Assembly (NCBI GenBank): GCA_035495615.1
Contig: DATJFP010000005.1
Span: forward strand, 340-64,339
DNA: 64,000 nucleotides
DNA from: Verrucomicrobiia bacterium
GTDB lineage: Bacteria; Omnitrophota; Omnitrophia; Omnitrophales; Aquincolibacteriaceae
Reading direction: 5' to 3'
Both the position numbers and the translations under genes were made by a program. The stretch's first letter is position 1. Each line of letters starts with the position of its first letter. This document shows, piece after piece, positions 36,034 through 45,508 of the stretch. The notes under the pieces were generated by a model. That model was not told where the DNA came from. It was given only the letters and a program-made list of their open reading frames with translations, and ran no database searches.

Positions 36034-36594
36034 CTAACGCCTTACCAGCGCCAGAAGCGCCGCATTTTTCTTATTAACGGCCTTGCGCCCGTTTTCGGAA
36101 AGGCCTTCGAGCAATTTTTCTTTGACCGATTTCCGGGAATGCATATGGCAAAGGGCCACGGCCAGCGCGTCGGCGCCGTCGGGCGGGGGAAGTTCTTTCA
36201 TGCTGAGCAGCCTCTGGATCATGTGCTGCACCTGCTCCTTCGTGGCCTTTCCGCTGCCGGTCGTGGCCTGTTTGATGCGGGCCGGAGGGTATTCTACCAC
36301 CGGCACATTTTTTTCGGAAGCGGCCAGCATGGCGCAGGCGCGCGCCTCGCCGATACGGATCATGGCGCGCAGGTCTTTGCAGTAAAAAATGTTTTCGAGG
36401 GCCATGACTTCCGGTGCGTAGTCACGGATGATGCCGCAGAGACCGGTGTAAATGCCGAGCAGGCGCGTTGAGAGTTCCGAGCCTTTGGGAAAGGAAATGA
36501 CCTGGAAATGCAGGAGTTTCGCGCGATTGCCTTCGGAATCGATGATCCCTACACCCGTATTCCAGGTTCCGGGGTCGATTCCGAGGATTCTCAC
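36034..36594 (-). CDS. ruvC: Crossover junction endodeoxyribonuclease RuvC (GTG start; the long ORF's N-terminal extension is rejected)
   Basis: [16 protein letters not shown], catalytic D/E residues, C-terminal [12 protein letters not shown] at 36592-36594 overlaps the yebC stop (GTGA). Confidence 0.8.
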   Translation of the reverse strand: MRILGIDPGTWNTGVGIIDSEGNRAKLLHFQVISFPKGSELSTRLLGIYTGLCGIIRDYAPEVMALENIFYCKDLRAMIRIGEARACAMLAASEKNVPVVEYPPARIKQATTGSGKATKEQVQHMIQRLLSMKELPPPDGADALAVALCHMHSRKSVKEKLLEGLSENGRKAVNKKNAALLALVRR

Positions 36595-37340
36595 CCTGCG
36601 ATCTCCTTCATGACTTCGTCCGGGATGTCGGCGTTCATGTAGACATTCTGCACGTCGTCGTGGTCTTCGAGCGATTCCATCAGTCCGATGACCGCGCGCG
36701 CGCTGTCGGCCGAAACCGGCGTTTCGTTTTTGGGAATCATCGTGACCTGCGCGGATTCGGCGGCGATCTTCGCTTTTTCCAGCGCCTGCTTCACGTTTTC
36801 GAAATCGTGGGGTGAGGTCGTGATGTTGAAATTTTCGCCGGCCTGCGCCATGTCTTCGGCGCCCGCGCCGAGCGCGACTTCCATGAGCTGGTCTTCGGTC
36901 GCATTTTTCGCGGGAACGACGATGAGGCCTTTTTTCTCGAAAATCCACGCGACCGAACCGGCGCCGGCCATGGAGCCGTTGCCCTTGGTGAAAATGCTGC
37001 GGATCTCGGCGGCCGTACGGTTCTTGTTGTCGGTCAGGCAGTGGACGAGCATGGCCACGCCCTGCGGGCCGTAACCTTCGTAAACGATTTCTTCGTAGGT
37101 GACGCCTTCCAGTTCGCCGGTGCCTTTTTTGATGGCGCGGTCGATGTTGTCGGCGGGCATGTTGCCGTCTTTAGCGGCCTGAATGGCGGTGCGCAGGCGC
37201 GGATTGCTCGTGGGGTCGCCGCCGCCGGTCTTCGCGGCCACGGTGATTTCCTTGATGATCTTCGTGAAAAGCTTGCCGCGCTTGGAATCCGCGGCGGCTT
37301 TTTTGTGTTTAATACTTGCCCACTTATTATGTCCTGACAT
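36591..37340 (-). CDS. yebC: YebC/PmpR-family DNA-binding transcriptional regulator
   Basis: [27 protein letters not shown] signature N-terminus. Confidence 0.9.
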   Translation of the reverse strand: MSGHNKWASIKHKKAAADSKRGKLFTKIIKEITVAAKTGGGDPTSNPRLRTAIQAAKDGNMPADNIDRAIKKGTGELEGVTYEEIVYEGYGPQGVAMLVHCLTDNKNRTAAEIRSIFTKGNGSMAGAGSVAWIFEKKGLIVVPAKNATEDQLMEVALGAGAEDMAQAGENFNITTSPHDFENVKQALEKAKIAAESAQVTMIPKNETPVSADSARAVIGLMESLEDHDDVQNVYMNADIPDEVMKEIAG

Positions 37341-38175
37341 GTTTCACTCCTTGTATGGCTTCCACGATTTTGACGACATCGCCCATCTTGCCCGCGTCGT
37401 GAACGCGGAGGACCTGGACGCCTTTGATGACGGCCACGGCGCAGACGGCGGCGGTTCCAAATTCCCTTTCCATGACTTCACGGCCCGTGATCTTGCCGAT
37501 GAAGGATTTCCGCGAAGGCCCCGCGAGGACCGGAAGGCGGAGTTCCTGAAAACGTTCCAACGATTGCAAAATTTCGAGGTTCTGCTCGGTGGTCTTGGCA
37601 AAACCAAGGCCCGGGTCGATGACGAGCTGATCCCGGGAAATTCCGCGGTCCAGAGCGAAGGCAATGTCCTCTTCAAGCTCGGCCATGACTTCTTTCACCA
37701 CGTCACCGTAGGCCGCGAGAGACTGCATGGTCTGCGGATTCCCCCGCCGGTGCATCAGCACAAGCCCCGCTCCGGTTTCCCGGACGAGATCGGCCATGGC
37801 CGCGCCTGAATCCCGCAGCCCGCTGACGTCATTGATAATATCGGCGCCGAGGGCCAAACACTGGCGCGCCACTTCGGGCTTTGTCGTGTCCACGGAAACG
37901 GGAATGTTCGTAAACTTCCGGATTTCTTCCAGAACGGGCAGGACCCTGGCTAACTCTTCCATTTCCGTAACGGTTTCAGCCCCGGGCCGGGTGGATTCGG
38001 CGCCGAGATCGAGGATATCCGCGCCTTCGTGAATCAGCGTGCGCGCCTTTTCGGCGGCTGCGGCGGGAGAGAGATACCGGCCGCCGTCGGAAAACGAATC
38101 AGGCGTCAGGTTCAGCACCCCCATGAGCCGGGTACGCTCCAGGGAAATGAATCGTTTGCGGATGTGCCAGTTCAC
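37327..38175 (-). CDS. folP: Dihydropteroate synthase
   Basis: [24 protein letters not shown], pterin-binding motifs. Confidence 0.85.
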   Translation of the reverse strand: MNWHIRKRFISLERTRLMGVLNLTPDSFSDGGRYLSPAAAAEKARTLIHEGADILDLGAESTRPGAETVTEMEELARVLPVLEEIRKFTNIPVSVDTTKPEVARQCLALGADIINDVSGLRDSGAAMADLVRETGAGLVLMHRRGNPQTMQSLAAYGDVVKEVMAELEEDIAFALDRGISRDQLVIDPGLGFAKTTEQNLEILQSLERFQELRLPVLAGPSRKSFIGKITGREVMEREFGTAAVCAVAVIKGVQVLRVHDAGKMGDVVKIVEAIQGVKHVRT

Positions 38176-38184
38176 GATAAAGGT

Positions 38185-40131
38185 TTAATGAAACGGATCG
38201 ACCGGAGGCACCACGGGATTCGGAAGCGGCCGGTCCTCGGACGCGCCGGCCTTGCCGTTGAGTCCCGCGATCTGCCGGATCTCTTCCTCTTCAAGGACTT
38301 CTTTTTCCAAAAGGCGAAGCGACAGATTGTTCAGCTTGTCGCGATTCGTGGTCAGGATCGTGTGCGCTTCCTTGTAGGCTTCGTCGACAATGCGCCGGAC
38401 TTCCTCGTCGATCATGATCGCCGTCTGCTCGGAATAGTCGCGCTCGTGCATCAGATCGCGGCCGAGGAACACCTGATGGTCGCGCTTGCCGAACGTGAGG
38501 TTCCCCATTTTTTTGCTCATGCCGAGTTCGCAGACCATCATGTGCGCGAACTGCGTGGCCTTTTGCAGGTCATCCTGCGCGCCGGAGGTGATTTCGCTGA
38601 AATAAATTTCTTCGGCGACGCGGCCGCCGAGGAGCACCGTGATGCGATGGCGCAATTCGCTTTTCGTGATCAGGCTCCGGTCTTCCAGCGGCATCTGCAG
38701 CGTGTAGCCGCCCACGCCGTAGCCGCGGGGAATGATCGAGATCTTGTGCACGGGATCGGAATTCGGCAGCATGAGCGCCACCAGCGCGTGCCCGGATTCG
38801 TGCACGGCCTTCACTTCCTTTTCGCGCTTGGAAATCACGCGGCTTTTTCTTTCCGGCCCCACCATCACGCGCTCGATCGATTCTTCGAGTTCCATCTGGC
38901 CCACGGCATCTTTTTTGCGCCGCGCGGCAAGAAGCGCCGCCTCATTGACGAGGTTCGCGAGATCGGCGCCGGAAAAACCCGCGGTCTGGCGCGCCAGCAC
39001 GCCCAAATTCGCGTTCGTGTCCAGCTTGACATTGCGCACGTGGACTTTCAAAATTTCCTCTCGGCCTTTGATATCCGGCCTTTCGATCACAACCTGGCGG
39101 TCGAAGCGGCCGGGCCTGAGCAGCGCGGGATCCAGCACGTCGGGACGGTTGGTCGAAGCCAGGATGATGACGCCGCTGTGCGTGTCAAAACCGTCCATTT
39201 CCACGAGCAGCGCGTTCAGCGTCTGCTCGCGTTCGTCGTGTCCGCCGCCGATGCCCGCGAAACGCTGGCGGCCCACCGCGTCTATTTCGTCGATGAAGAT
39301 GATCGCGCCGCGCCCGCTTTTCTTGGCGGCCTGCTTGCCCTGTTCGAAAAGATCGCGCACGCGCGCCGCGCCCACACCCACGAACATTTCCACGAAGTCC
39401 GAACCGCTGATGGAGTAAAACGGAACTTCAGCCTCGCCTGCGACGGCTTTCGCGAGCAGCGTCTTGCCGGTTCCCGGAGGCCCCATAAGCAGCACGCCTT
39501 TGGGAATGCGCCCGCCGAGCCGTTGGAATCGCTGGGGGTCTTTCAGGAATTCGATAATTTCACTGAGCTCTTCTTTGGCCTCCTCCACGCCTGCCACGTC
39601 CGCAAAGGTGATGCGCGCCTTTTCGGCGTTGGATAATTTTGCGCGTGACTTCCCGAATGAAAAAAGCCGCCCCCCTCCCTGCTGCACGCCCCGGTAGACG
39701 AAGAACCAGAAGAATCCGATCAGCAGAATGACCGGCGCCACGGAATAAACGAGGTTTCTCCAGAAGACCTGCGGCGGATTGACTACGAAGCTCGGCACGT
39801 TGGCACGCAGCATGGGGATGAGCTCAGGATCGTTGGCGGGAATGTGCACCTGAAAAAAGCTGCCGTTTTTCAGCTTGCCGCGCACGATGCCTTCGATCAT
39901 TTCCGCGGACACGATCTCGCCGCTCTGCGGATTCTGGCGGAGCATGCTGAAGAATTCGGAATAGGACATTTGCTGGACGTCCATGTTCTGGACAAAGAGC
40001 TGCAGCACGAGGAAAAAGACAAGCGGGATGAAAAAAAGCGCGGCCAGACGCTTCCTTTCCGGATCCTTGCCCTTTTTGGGGGTGAGGTCGCCGGGTCTGG
40101 GATTCTCCGGAATTTTCTTAAATTCAGCCAT
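38185..40131 (-). CDS. ftsH: ATP-dependent zinc metalloprotease FtsH
   Basis: N-terminal TM. AAA Walker A GPPGTGKT. Second region of homology. HEAGHAL zinc motif (HESGHALV). Confidence 0.95.
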   Translation of the reverse strand: MAEFKKIPENPRPGDLTPKKGKDPERKRLAALFFIPLVFFLVLQLFVQNMDVQQMSYSEFFSMLRQNPQSGEIVSAEMIEGIVRGKLKNGSFFQVHIPANDPELIPMLRANVPSFVVNPPQVFWRNLVYSVAPVILLIGFFWFFVYRGVQQGGGRLFSFGKSRAKLSNAEKARITFADVAGVEEAKEELSEIIEFLKDPQRFQRLGGRIPKGVLLMGPPGTGKTLLAKAVAGEAEVPFYSISGSDFVEMFVGVGAARVRDLFEQGKQAAKKSGRGAIIFIDEIDAVGRQRFAGIGGGHDEREQTLNALLVEMDGFDTHSGVIILASTNRPDVLDPALLRPGRFDRQVVIERPDIKGREEILKVHVRNVKLDTNANLGVLARQTAGFSGADLANLVNEAALLAARRKKDAVGQMELEESIERVMVGPERKSRVISKREKEVKAVHESGHALVALMLPNSDPVHKISIIPRGYGVGGYTLQMPLEDRSLITKSELRHRITVLLGGRVAEEIYFSEITSGAQDDLQKATQFAHMMVCELGMSKKMGNLTFGKRDHQVFLGRDLMHERDYSEQTAIMIDEEVRRIVDEAYKEAHTILTTNRDKLNNLSLRLLEKEVLEEEEIRQIAGLNGKAGASEDRPLPNPVVPPVDPFH

Positions 40132-40214
40132 GATCGATGGTTACCCCTTTAACTTCTTTAGGCCTACCAAAAGTCGTTTATCATATCACGGGCTTTAGGG
40201 GATGGCAAACCCCT

Positions 40215-41225
40215 TTACGAGCGGGGATTTTTCTTAAAAAGCGTGATGTGCCGGGGGGTTAGGGCAAAATCAATGTCCTTTTGGAGGGAGTGGCGGTAAG
40301 AGGGCCGTTCCAGATGCGGCTTCAAGCCTTCCCAGTTCTCAAAACTCAGGCCGCTGCGTCCATCAAGCTGTTTGAGAACACGGTCCAGGACGCGGAACTG
40401 CAGGGCCTCGGGCAGGCCGAGAAAAGGCACGCGGCGAAGATGAGCCTTTGCGCCCCGGACCTGGGCCACGATTTTCCCGTAGGCCTTTTCTTCCAGACGG
40501 CTCAGGATCTCCTGCTCCCTTTCCAGCGTGCGCGGCACGCGCGCCAGCACGGCGCGGATGCCGGGATGAAATTCTTTTTCGAGAAACGGAAGAAGCTTGT
40601 GCCGGATTTTGTTGCGCAGAAATTTCGTCGAGCGGTTGGTTTTGTCGCGGACATACGCGAATTTGTTTTCCTTCAGGTAACCGAGGATTTCCGGCTTTGA
40701 GAAATCAAGCAGCGGCCGCACGAGCCGGACTTTGCCGAGGTCCATGGATTCGCGCACGCCGGCCAGGCCGCGGAGTCCGGTACCTTGAATCAGCCGCATC
40801 AAAACCGTCTCGGCCTGGTCGTCCCGCGTGTGCGCGAGCGCGATTTTGGAAACGCCCCGGCGCCCGGCCTCGCGGAAAAAAGCATGCCTGGCTTGCCGCG
40901 CGGCTTCTTCGAGGGAAAGCCGTTCACGCCGGGCGAGCGCTTTGACATTCACGCGCTTGACGAGGACGGGGACCTTGTATTTCCGGCCGAGCGCGCGGAC
41001 GAACTTTTCGTCACGGAGCGCCTCGCGGCGCAGGCCGTGGTTGACGTGCAAAAGCCCCAGCTTCAGCCCCCCTTTCTCACGCAGGGCGCAGAGCAAATGG
41101 AAAAGCGCCGTAGAGTCCGGGCCTCCGGAGCAGGCGATGTAGACCTTTTCGCCGGGCAGAATAAGTTTTCGGAGCTTTAGATGCTGCTGGAATCGAATCT
41201 GAAAGTCGGTCTGGAGTTTTTTCAT
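40215..41225 (-). CDS. tilS: tRNA(Ile)-lysidine synthetase
   Basis: PP-loop SGGPDS (ACSGGPDSTAL); 336 aa. Confidence 0.85.
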   Translation of the reverse strand: MKKLQTDFQIRFQQHLKLRKLILPGEKVYIACSGGPDSTALFHLLCALREKGGLKLGLLHVNHGLRREALRDEKFVRALGRKYKVPVLVKRVNVKALARRERLSLEEAARQARHAFFREAGRRGVSKIALAHTRDDQAETVLMRLIQGTGLRGLAGVRESMDLGKVRLVRPLLDFSKPEILGYLKENKFAYVRDKTNRSTKFLRNKIRHKLLPFLEKEFHPGIRAVLARVPRTLEREQEILSRLEEKAYGKIVAQVRGAKAHLRRVPFLGLPEALQFRVLDRVLKQLDGRSGLSFENWEGLKPHLERPSYRHSLQKDIDFALTPRHITLFKKNPRS

Positions 41226-41338
41226 AGGCGGATGACTTTTAAAAAGGAATCAGCGGAGGATGGACGGGCCCACTTGCCACTCCGGGCAGGACATGCTAAG
41301 ATGCTGGCCCTTCACGCAGTTCCTGACTCATCTTTCAT

Positions 41339-41411
41339 GGCGGGGTAGCTCAGTTGGTAGAGCAGAGGACTCATAAGCCTCGTGTCGGCGGTTCGATCCC
41401 GCCCTCCGCCA
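41339..41411 (+). tRNA. tRNA with CAT anticodon (Met-type); its position beside tilS makes tRNA-Ile2 (lysidine-modified) a possibility
   Basis: GGCGGGGTAGCTCAGTTGGTAGAGCAGAGGACTCATAAGCCTCGTGTCGGCGGTTCGATCCCGCCCTCCGCCA; anticodon loop CUCAUAA. Confidence 0.8.
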
Positions 41412-41429
41412 GCCTTTTTTATCCTGCCA

Positions 41430-43097
41430 TCAGAACGTAACCGCTCCCTTGGAAGAAGAGGAAACCGAGCGCGCGTATTTGGCCATGACGCCGCCGGTGT
41501 AGCGCGGCTTCGGGGCTTTCCATTTTTTCAGGCGCGCCTTGATTTCCTTCTGCGGAATCAAAACGTCCAGGCGCCGGTTCGGAATGTCGAAACGGATGCG
41601 GTCACCGTTTTTGATCGCGGCGATCGGGCCGCCGGCCGCGGCTTCGGGCGCCACATGGCCGACCATGAGTCCCTTGGTCGCGCCGGAAAAACGGCCGTCC
41701 GTCAAAAGCCCCACGGATTTTCCGAGGCCTTCGCCGACCAGCGCGGCCGTCACCGCGAGCATCTCGCGCATGCCGGGGCCGCCTTTCGGGCCTTCGTAAC
41801 GGATGACGACGACATCGCCCTCTTTGATCTTCCGCGCCTTCACGGCTTCGAAAGCGTCTTCCTCGCAGTTGAAAACTTTCGCCGGGCCTTCGAAGGTCTG
41901 GCGGTCTTCGCCCGCGACTTTCAGCACGCAGCCTTCCGGCGCGAGATTCCCTTTCAAGATCACGAGGCCGCCTGTCGGTTTCAGCGGATTGGAAAGCGGA
42001 CGCAGCACTTCCTGGCCCTTGATCTCCATCGCGTCCAGCGCTTCTTCGCCGATCGTGCGGCCGGTGACAGTGAGGCAATCCTTGTGAAGAAGCTTCGCAT
42101 CGAGCAGGCGCTTGGCAAGAAGCCGGTAGCCGCCCGCTTCGTAAAGATCGCTGGCCACGAAACGGCCGCCCGGCTTCAGGTCGCCGCACAGCGGCGTTTT
42201 GGAGCTGATGCGGTCGAAGTCTTCGATCGCAAGCTTCATTCCCATCTCGTGCGCGAGCGCAAGAAGATGAAGCACCGCGTTCGTGGAACCGCCGGTCATG
42301 GCCACCGCCGCGATCGCGTTCTCGATGGATTTTTTCGTGATGATCTGCGACGGCTTCAGGTCTTTTTTCAAAACCTCCATCACAAGCCTGCCCGTCTCGA
42401 CGCAGGCTTCGTCTTTTTTCGGATCCATGGCCGGGATCTCGTTCATCCACACCGGCGAAATGCCGAGGATGGCGAACGCCGAGGCCATGGTGTTGGCCGT
42501 GAATTGTCCGCCGCAGGCGCCCGCGTTCGGGCACGCCACGTCTTCGAGCTGGCAGAGCTGCGTCTGCGTCATGTGGCCGGCCGCATGTTTGCCGACCGCT
42601 TCGAAAACGTCCTGGATGGTCACGTCCTTCTTTTCGTAATGGCCGGGAGCGATGGAGCCGCCGTAAATCATGAGCGAAGGAATGTCCAGACGCGCGAGCG
42701 CCATGACCGTTCCGGGAATCGTCTTGTCGCAGCCCGAGATCGCCACGACCGCGTCGAAATAATGGCCGCGCGCTACAAGTTCGATCGAGTCCGCCACGAT
42801 CTCGCGGCTGATCAGCGAGGTCTTCATGCCTTCCGTGCCCATGGTGATGCCGTCGGAAATCGCGATGGTGTTGTATTCGATCGGAGTACCGCCCGCGAGG
42901 CGCACGCCTTCTTTCACTTTTTCGGAAAGCCGGCGCAGGTGAAAATTGCACGGCATGGTCTCGATCCAGGTGTTGGCGATGCCGATCATGGGCTTGGCAA
43001 TGTCTTCATCGGTGAGCCCCATGGCCTTGAGCATGGCGCGGGCCGGAGCGCGGGACGGACCTTCGGTGATGACGGCGCTGCGTTTATTCAGTTTCAT
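41430..43097 (-). CDS. ilvD: Dihydroxy-acid dehydratase
   Basis: 555 aa. Fe-S Cys motifs CDKTIPG and [10 protein letters not shown]-terminal SGGP/GRFSG motifs. Confidence 0.9.
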   Translation of the reverse strand: MKLNKRSAVITEGPSRAPARAMLKAMGLTDEDIAKPMIGIANTWIETMPCNFHLRRLSEKVKEGVRLAGGTPIEYNTIAISDGITMGTEGMKTSLISREIVADSIELVARGHYFDAVVAISGCDKTIPGTVMALARLDIPSLMIYGGSIAPGHYEKKDVTIQDVFEAVGKHAAGHMTQTQLCQLEDVACPNAGACGGQFTANTMASAFAILGISPVWMNEIPAMDPKKDEACVETGRLVMEVLKKDLKPSQIITKKSIENAIAAVAMTGGSTNAVLHLLALAHEMGMKLAIEDFDRISSKTPLCGDLKPGGRFVASDLYEAGGYRLLAKRLLDAKLLHKDCLTVTGRTIGEEALDAMEIKGQEVLRPLSNPLKPTGGLVILKGNLAPEGCVLKVAGEDRQTFEGPAKVFNCEEDAFEAVKARKIKEGDVVVIRYEGPKGGPGMREMLAVTAALVGEGLGKSVGLLTDGRFSGATKGLMVGHVAPEAAAGGPIAAIKNGDRIRFDIPNRRLDVLIPQKEIKARLKKWKAPKPRYTGGVMAKYARSVSSSSKGAVTF

Positions 43098-43216
43098 GAG
43101 CCCCTCGGAAGTTGGAATAGGATTGCGAAAGAAAGGGATTATACCCGATCTTGGCGGGACCGTGAAGCCTGCTTTATTCTTTACAGCGCATTTAAAGGCC
43201 GCTACACTAGTTTTCC

Positions 43217-44221
43217 ATGAAAACCGCCAAGCCCGCGTCCCAGAATAAGATAAAATCAGTCAAGTCCCCGTCTTCGCGCGCCTCGAAAAACTCTTTTGGA
43301 GCCGTTATTTTCGACATCGACAACGTGCTCATCGACACGCGGTCCTCTTACCTGGACACGATCCGCTGGACGGTCGAGATCTTCCTGACCCATGGGCGCA
43401 TCCCGCTTTTCACGCCCGCGCCCAAAAAGATGCGCCCGGCGCTTTTATCACTCGCCGATGTCCACCAGTTCAAGCTGCTCGGCGGTTTCAATGACGACTG
43501 GGACTGCTGCTACGGCCTTCTGGTCTACATCCTGAGCCTTTCCGTTTCCCCGCGAACGATCCTCGATCTCAAGAAAGCGCTCCATCTCAAGCAGTTTTCC
43601 GCGCGCGTGGCGCATCGCCCCCTGCGCGTGGACGGCATCGTGAAGATGCTCGGGCGGCCGTCGTTCGTCACGATCGAAAAAATCTCGCGCATTTTCCAGG
43701 AGATCTATCTCGGCAAGGAACTTTTCCCGAAGCTCGAGAAAAAACACATGGCTTACTGGACGAAGAAAGGGCTGATTCGCAACGAGAAGCTCATCATCAA
43801 GGCGCCGGTGCTGGAAAAACTCAAGGCCAAGGGCATCAAGCTGGGCATCGCGACGGGCCGGCCTCGCTTCGAAGCGCTTTATTCGCTGAAACACTTCGGG
43901 ATCCTGGATTACTTCGACGCGATGACGACGATCGACGAAGTGAAGAAAGAGGAAAAAGTGCAGCGCAAATCCCTTCGCAAGCCGCATCCTTATTCCCTGC
44001 TTGAAACCGCGTCCCGGCTGGGCGCGGAAGGAAAGACTCTCTACGTGGGCGATTTGCCCGACGACATCTACGCGGCCAATCAGGCCAAGGCCTCGCGGGA
44101 CATGGCGTCCGCGGCCTTTCTGGCGATTGCCGACGACTGCAAGGAAACGCTCGACGAAATCAAAAAAGCCGCCCCGGATTTCATCTTCAAAGAACCCGCC
44201 GACATCCTCAAAATCGTTTAG
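43217..44221 (+). CDS. HAD-superfamily hydrolase
   Basis: Motif [11 protein letters not shown]. Motif III/IV K...GDLPDDI. 334 aa. One of the few plus-strand genes. Confidence 0.6.
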   Translation: MKTAKPASQNKIKSVKSPSSRASKNSFGAVIFDIDNVLIDTRSSYLDTIRWTVEIFLTHGRIPLFTPAPKKMRPALLSLADVHQFKLLGGFNDDWDCCYGLLVYILSLSVSPRTILDLKKALHLKQFSARVAHRPLRVDGIVKMLGRPSFVTIEKISRIFQEIYLGKELFPKLEKKHMAYWTKKGLIRNEKLIIKAPVLEKLKAKGIKLGIATGRPRFEALYSLKHFGILDYFDAMTTIDEVKKEEKVQRKSLRKPHPYSLLETASRLGAEGKTLYVGDLPDDIYAANQAKASRDMASAAFLAIADDCKETLDEIKKAAPDFIFKEPADILKIV

Positions 44222-44230
44222 CCCGAGCAC

Positions 44231-44256
44231 GGGGACACGCCTAAAGGCATGTCCCC
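44231..44256. repeat. GGGGACA(N)TGTCCCC hairpin repeat, copy 1 (between convergent HAD and lptF/G genes; may act as a terminator)
   Basis: ggggacacgcctaaaggcatgtcccc. Confidence 0.6.
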
Positions 44257-44266
44257 AGGTTTGCGG

Positions 44267-45349
44267 TCAGGCGTTGATGGACTTCTTGATGAGTTTAAAT
44301 CCCACGATCGTGAGTCCGATGTTGGGAAGCCAAAGCGCGGCATAGGCGGGAAGCACGCCGCGGATAGCGAGGCTCTTGGCGCCCACAAACAGGATGTAAT
44401 AAATGCAGGCGGCCGCCATGGAAATCGCAAAACTCACCACGACTTCTCCGCGGCGCACCAGGATCGCGATGGGCACGCCTAAAATCACGAAGATCAGGCT
44501 GCCGAAGGAAAACGCGATCCTGTTGTGAAAGGCCGTCCAGAAGCGCGTCGTGTCGCCCGGCGAGATTTCGTTCCGCTGGTACTGCACCCACAGGTCCGCG
44601 AGATTGTGGTCGTAGATCTTCTTTTTCATCTTCCGGATATCTTCCTGCCCGAAGCTTGGAAATTCGTATGTTTCGAACTGAATGGACTGCACGCCTTCGG
44701 ACTTCGCGTCCGAGATGCTGCCGTTATAAAGACGGACCTGCATGGCCGACTGCTCCGGAAGCGACAGGATTTCGCCGCTCTCGGCGATGATGGTACGCAC
44801 GGGCTCTTCCGTGGGCCCGACTTCGTAAGCCACGATGTCCTTCATCTTGTCGTCCTTCATCTCCTTGGCAAAAAAAGTGACCTGGTCGTTCAGCTTCACG
44901 AAACGGCCGGGCTCGATCAGCGCCTTGGGATGCGCGATCAGAAGCTGCTTGGTGGTGCGCCGCAGCTGAAAGCCGGCCTCGGTGCTGACCTGGTCGTTGA
45001 AGACGAACATGAAAAAGCTGAGCATGAGCCCCGCGAGAAAGGCGGGCAGCATGACCTGGTAAGGATGGATGCCTGACGCCTTGAACGCGCGGATTTCGTT
45101 GCCCTGGGAAAGGTTGCCGAACACGATCATGACCGCGGTGAGCAGGCTCATGGGCGCGGTGTAGCCGAGCATATCGGGCATGGCGAGCGCGAGGACGTAG
45201 AGCGTCTCGGTGAGAGGCACGCCGCGGCCGATGATGAAATTCGCTGCGCGGACGAGGTAACCGGCCATGAAAATGAAATTCAGCGTGAGCAGGCAAACCA
45301 GAAAAGGCAGCCAGAGTTCCCGCAGAATGTACTTTTGGATGATCTTCAT
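44267..45349 (-). CDS. LptF/LptG-family LPS export permease (YjgP/YjgQ)
   Basis: MKIIQKYILRELWLPFLVCLL start, six TM segments, periplasmic beta-jellyroll region. Confidence 0.7.
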   Translation of the reverse strand: MKIIQKYILRELWLPFLVCLLTLNFIFMAGYLVRAANFIIGRGVPLTETLYVLALAMPDMLGYTAPMSLLTAVMIVFGNLSQGNEIRAFKASGIHPYQVMLPAFLAGLMLSFFMFVFNDQVSTEAGFQLRRTTKQLLIAHPKALIEPGRFVKLNDQVTFFAKEMKDDKMKDIVAYEVGPTEEPVRTIIAESGEILSLPEQSAMQVRLYNGSISDAKSEGVQSIQFETYEFPSFGQEDIRKMKKKIYDHNLADLWVQYQRNEISPGDTTRFWTAFHNRIAFSFGSLIFVILGVPIAILVRRGEVVVSFAISMAAACIYYILFVGAKSLAIRGVLPAYAALWLPNIGLTIVGFKLIKKSINA

Positions 45350-45463
45350 CGCGTGTATCTTTCCAGAGATTTGCGTAGGCGTCAATAATTACGCGCTAGT
45401 CCGTTAAGCATTTTGCGCGCAAGCGCTCGCATGCTCGCAACAGGCTTTACGCATTCAGACCAT

Positions 45464-45489
45464 GGGGACAGGTCTAAAGACCTGTCCCC
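45464..45489. repeat. GGGGACA(N)TGTCCCC hairpin repeat, copy 2 (perfect 11-bp stem, TAAA loop)
   Basis: ggggacaggtctaaagacctgtcccc. Confidence 0.6.
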
Positions 45490-45508
45490 GTCCATGCGGC
45501 CGTTGGGC

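Noticed and set aside
36034-36948. 304-aa ORF as full-length RuvC
   Set aside because: The N-terminal 117 residues are Arg-rich low complexity and overlap yebC. The conserved RuvC N-terminus RILGIDPG starts at a GTG at 36592-36594.
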